Assembly: GCA_038087875.1 (NCBI GenBank)
Contig: CM075990.1
Coordinates: 8,248,001 to 8,312,000, forward strand
DNA from: Malacoraja senta
Taxonomy: Eukaryota
DNA: 64,000 bases
Reading direction: 5' to 3'
The position numbers and the translations under genes are program-made. Each line of letters begins with the position of its first letter. Positions within the stretch are counted from its first letter, which is position 1. Positions 63,918-64,000 of this stretch are shown here, piece after piece. Below the pieces are notes generated by a model, which made no database searches, was not told the origin of the DNA, and saw only the letters and a program-made list of their open reading frames with translations.

Positions 63918-64000
63918 TAAAGTCTTTCCACAATGCCCTCCACATCAGTCTTGCAAATTCTTGCAGAATGTATGTGTAATTTCTGTACAGGTTACGTATA

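Overview
This is vertebrate DNA, almost certainly from a cartilaginous fish and probably a skate or ray. That is inferred from the repeat complement: HE1-type V-SINEs, CR1/HER1 tails, fish-type L1, Rex1/Babar, Penelope-like elements and Deu-domain SINE relics. The window looks intronic or intergenic and is very repeat-rich; I could not identify any host protein-coding gene. All recognisable coding sequence is broken retroelement ORF (three L1 3' ends, CR1 ORF2 C-termini, Penelope GIY-YIG remnants, one Rex1/Babar fragment). Points worth follow-up: (1) many Penelope-derived insertions carry a minimal hammerhead-ribozyme core (CUGAAGA-stem-GAAACGUH), including a tandem pair and fold-back copies; (2) a candidate 309-nt exon at 28443-28751 ends in a signal-peptide-like ORF, and its consensus branch point appears displaced by a fold-back insertion; (3) a CR1 tail is duplicated about 48.6 kb away together with about 125 bp of flank; (4) there are two old duplicated non-coding units at 35.5-39.3 kb; (5) there are PIF/Harbinger-type MITEs sharing termini. 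Repeat boundaries were read by eye and are approximate unless a target-site duplication (TSD) is quoted.
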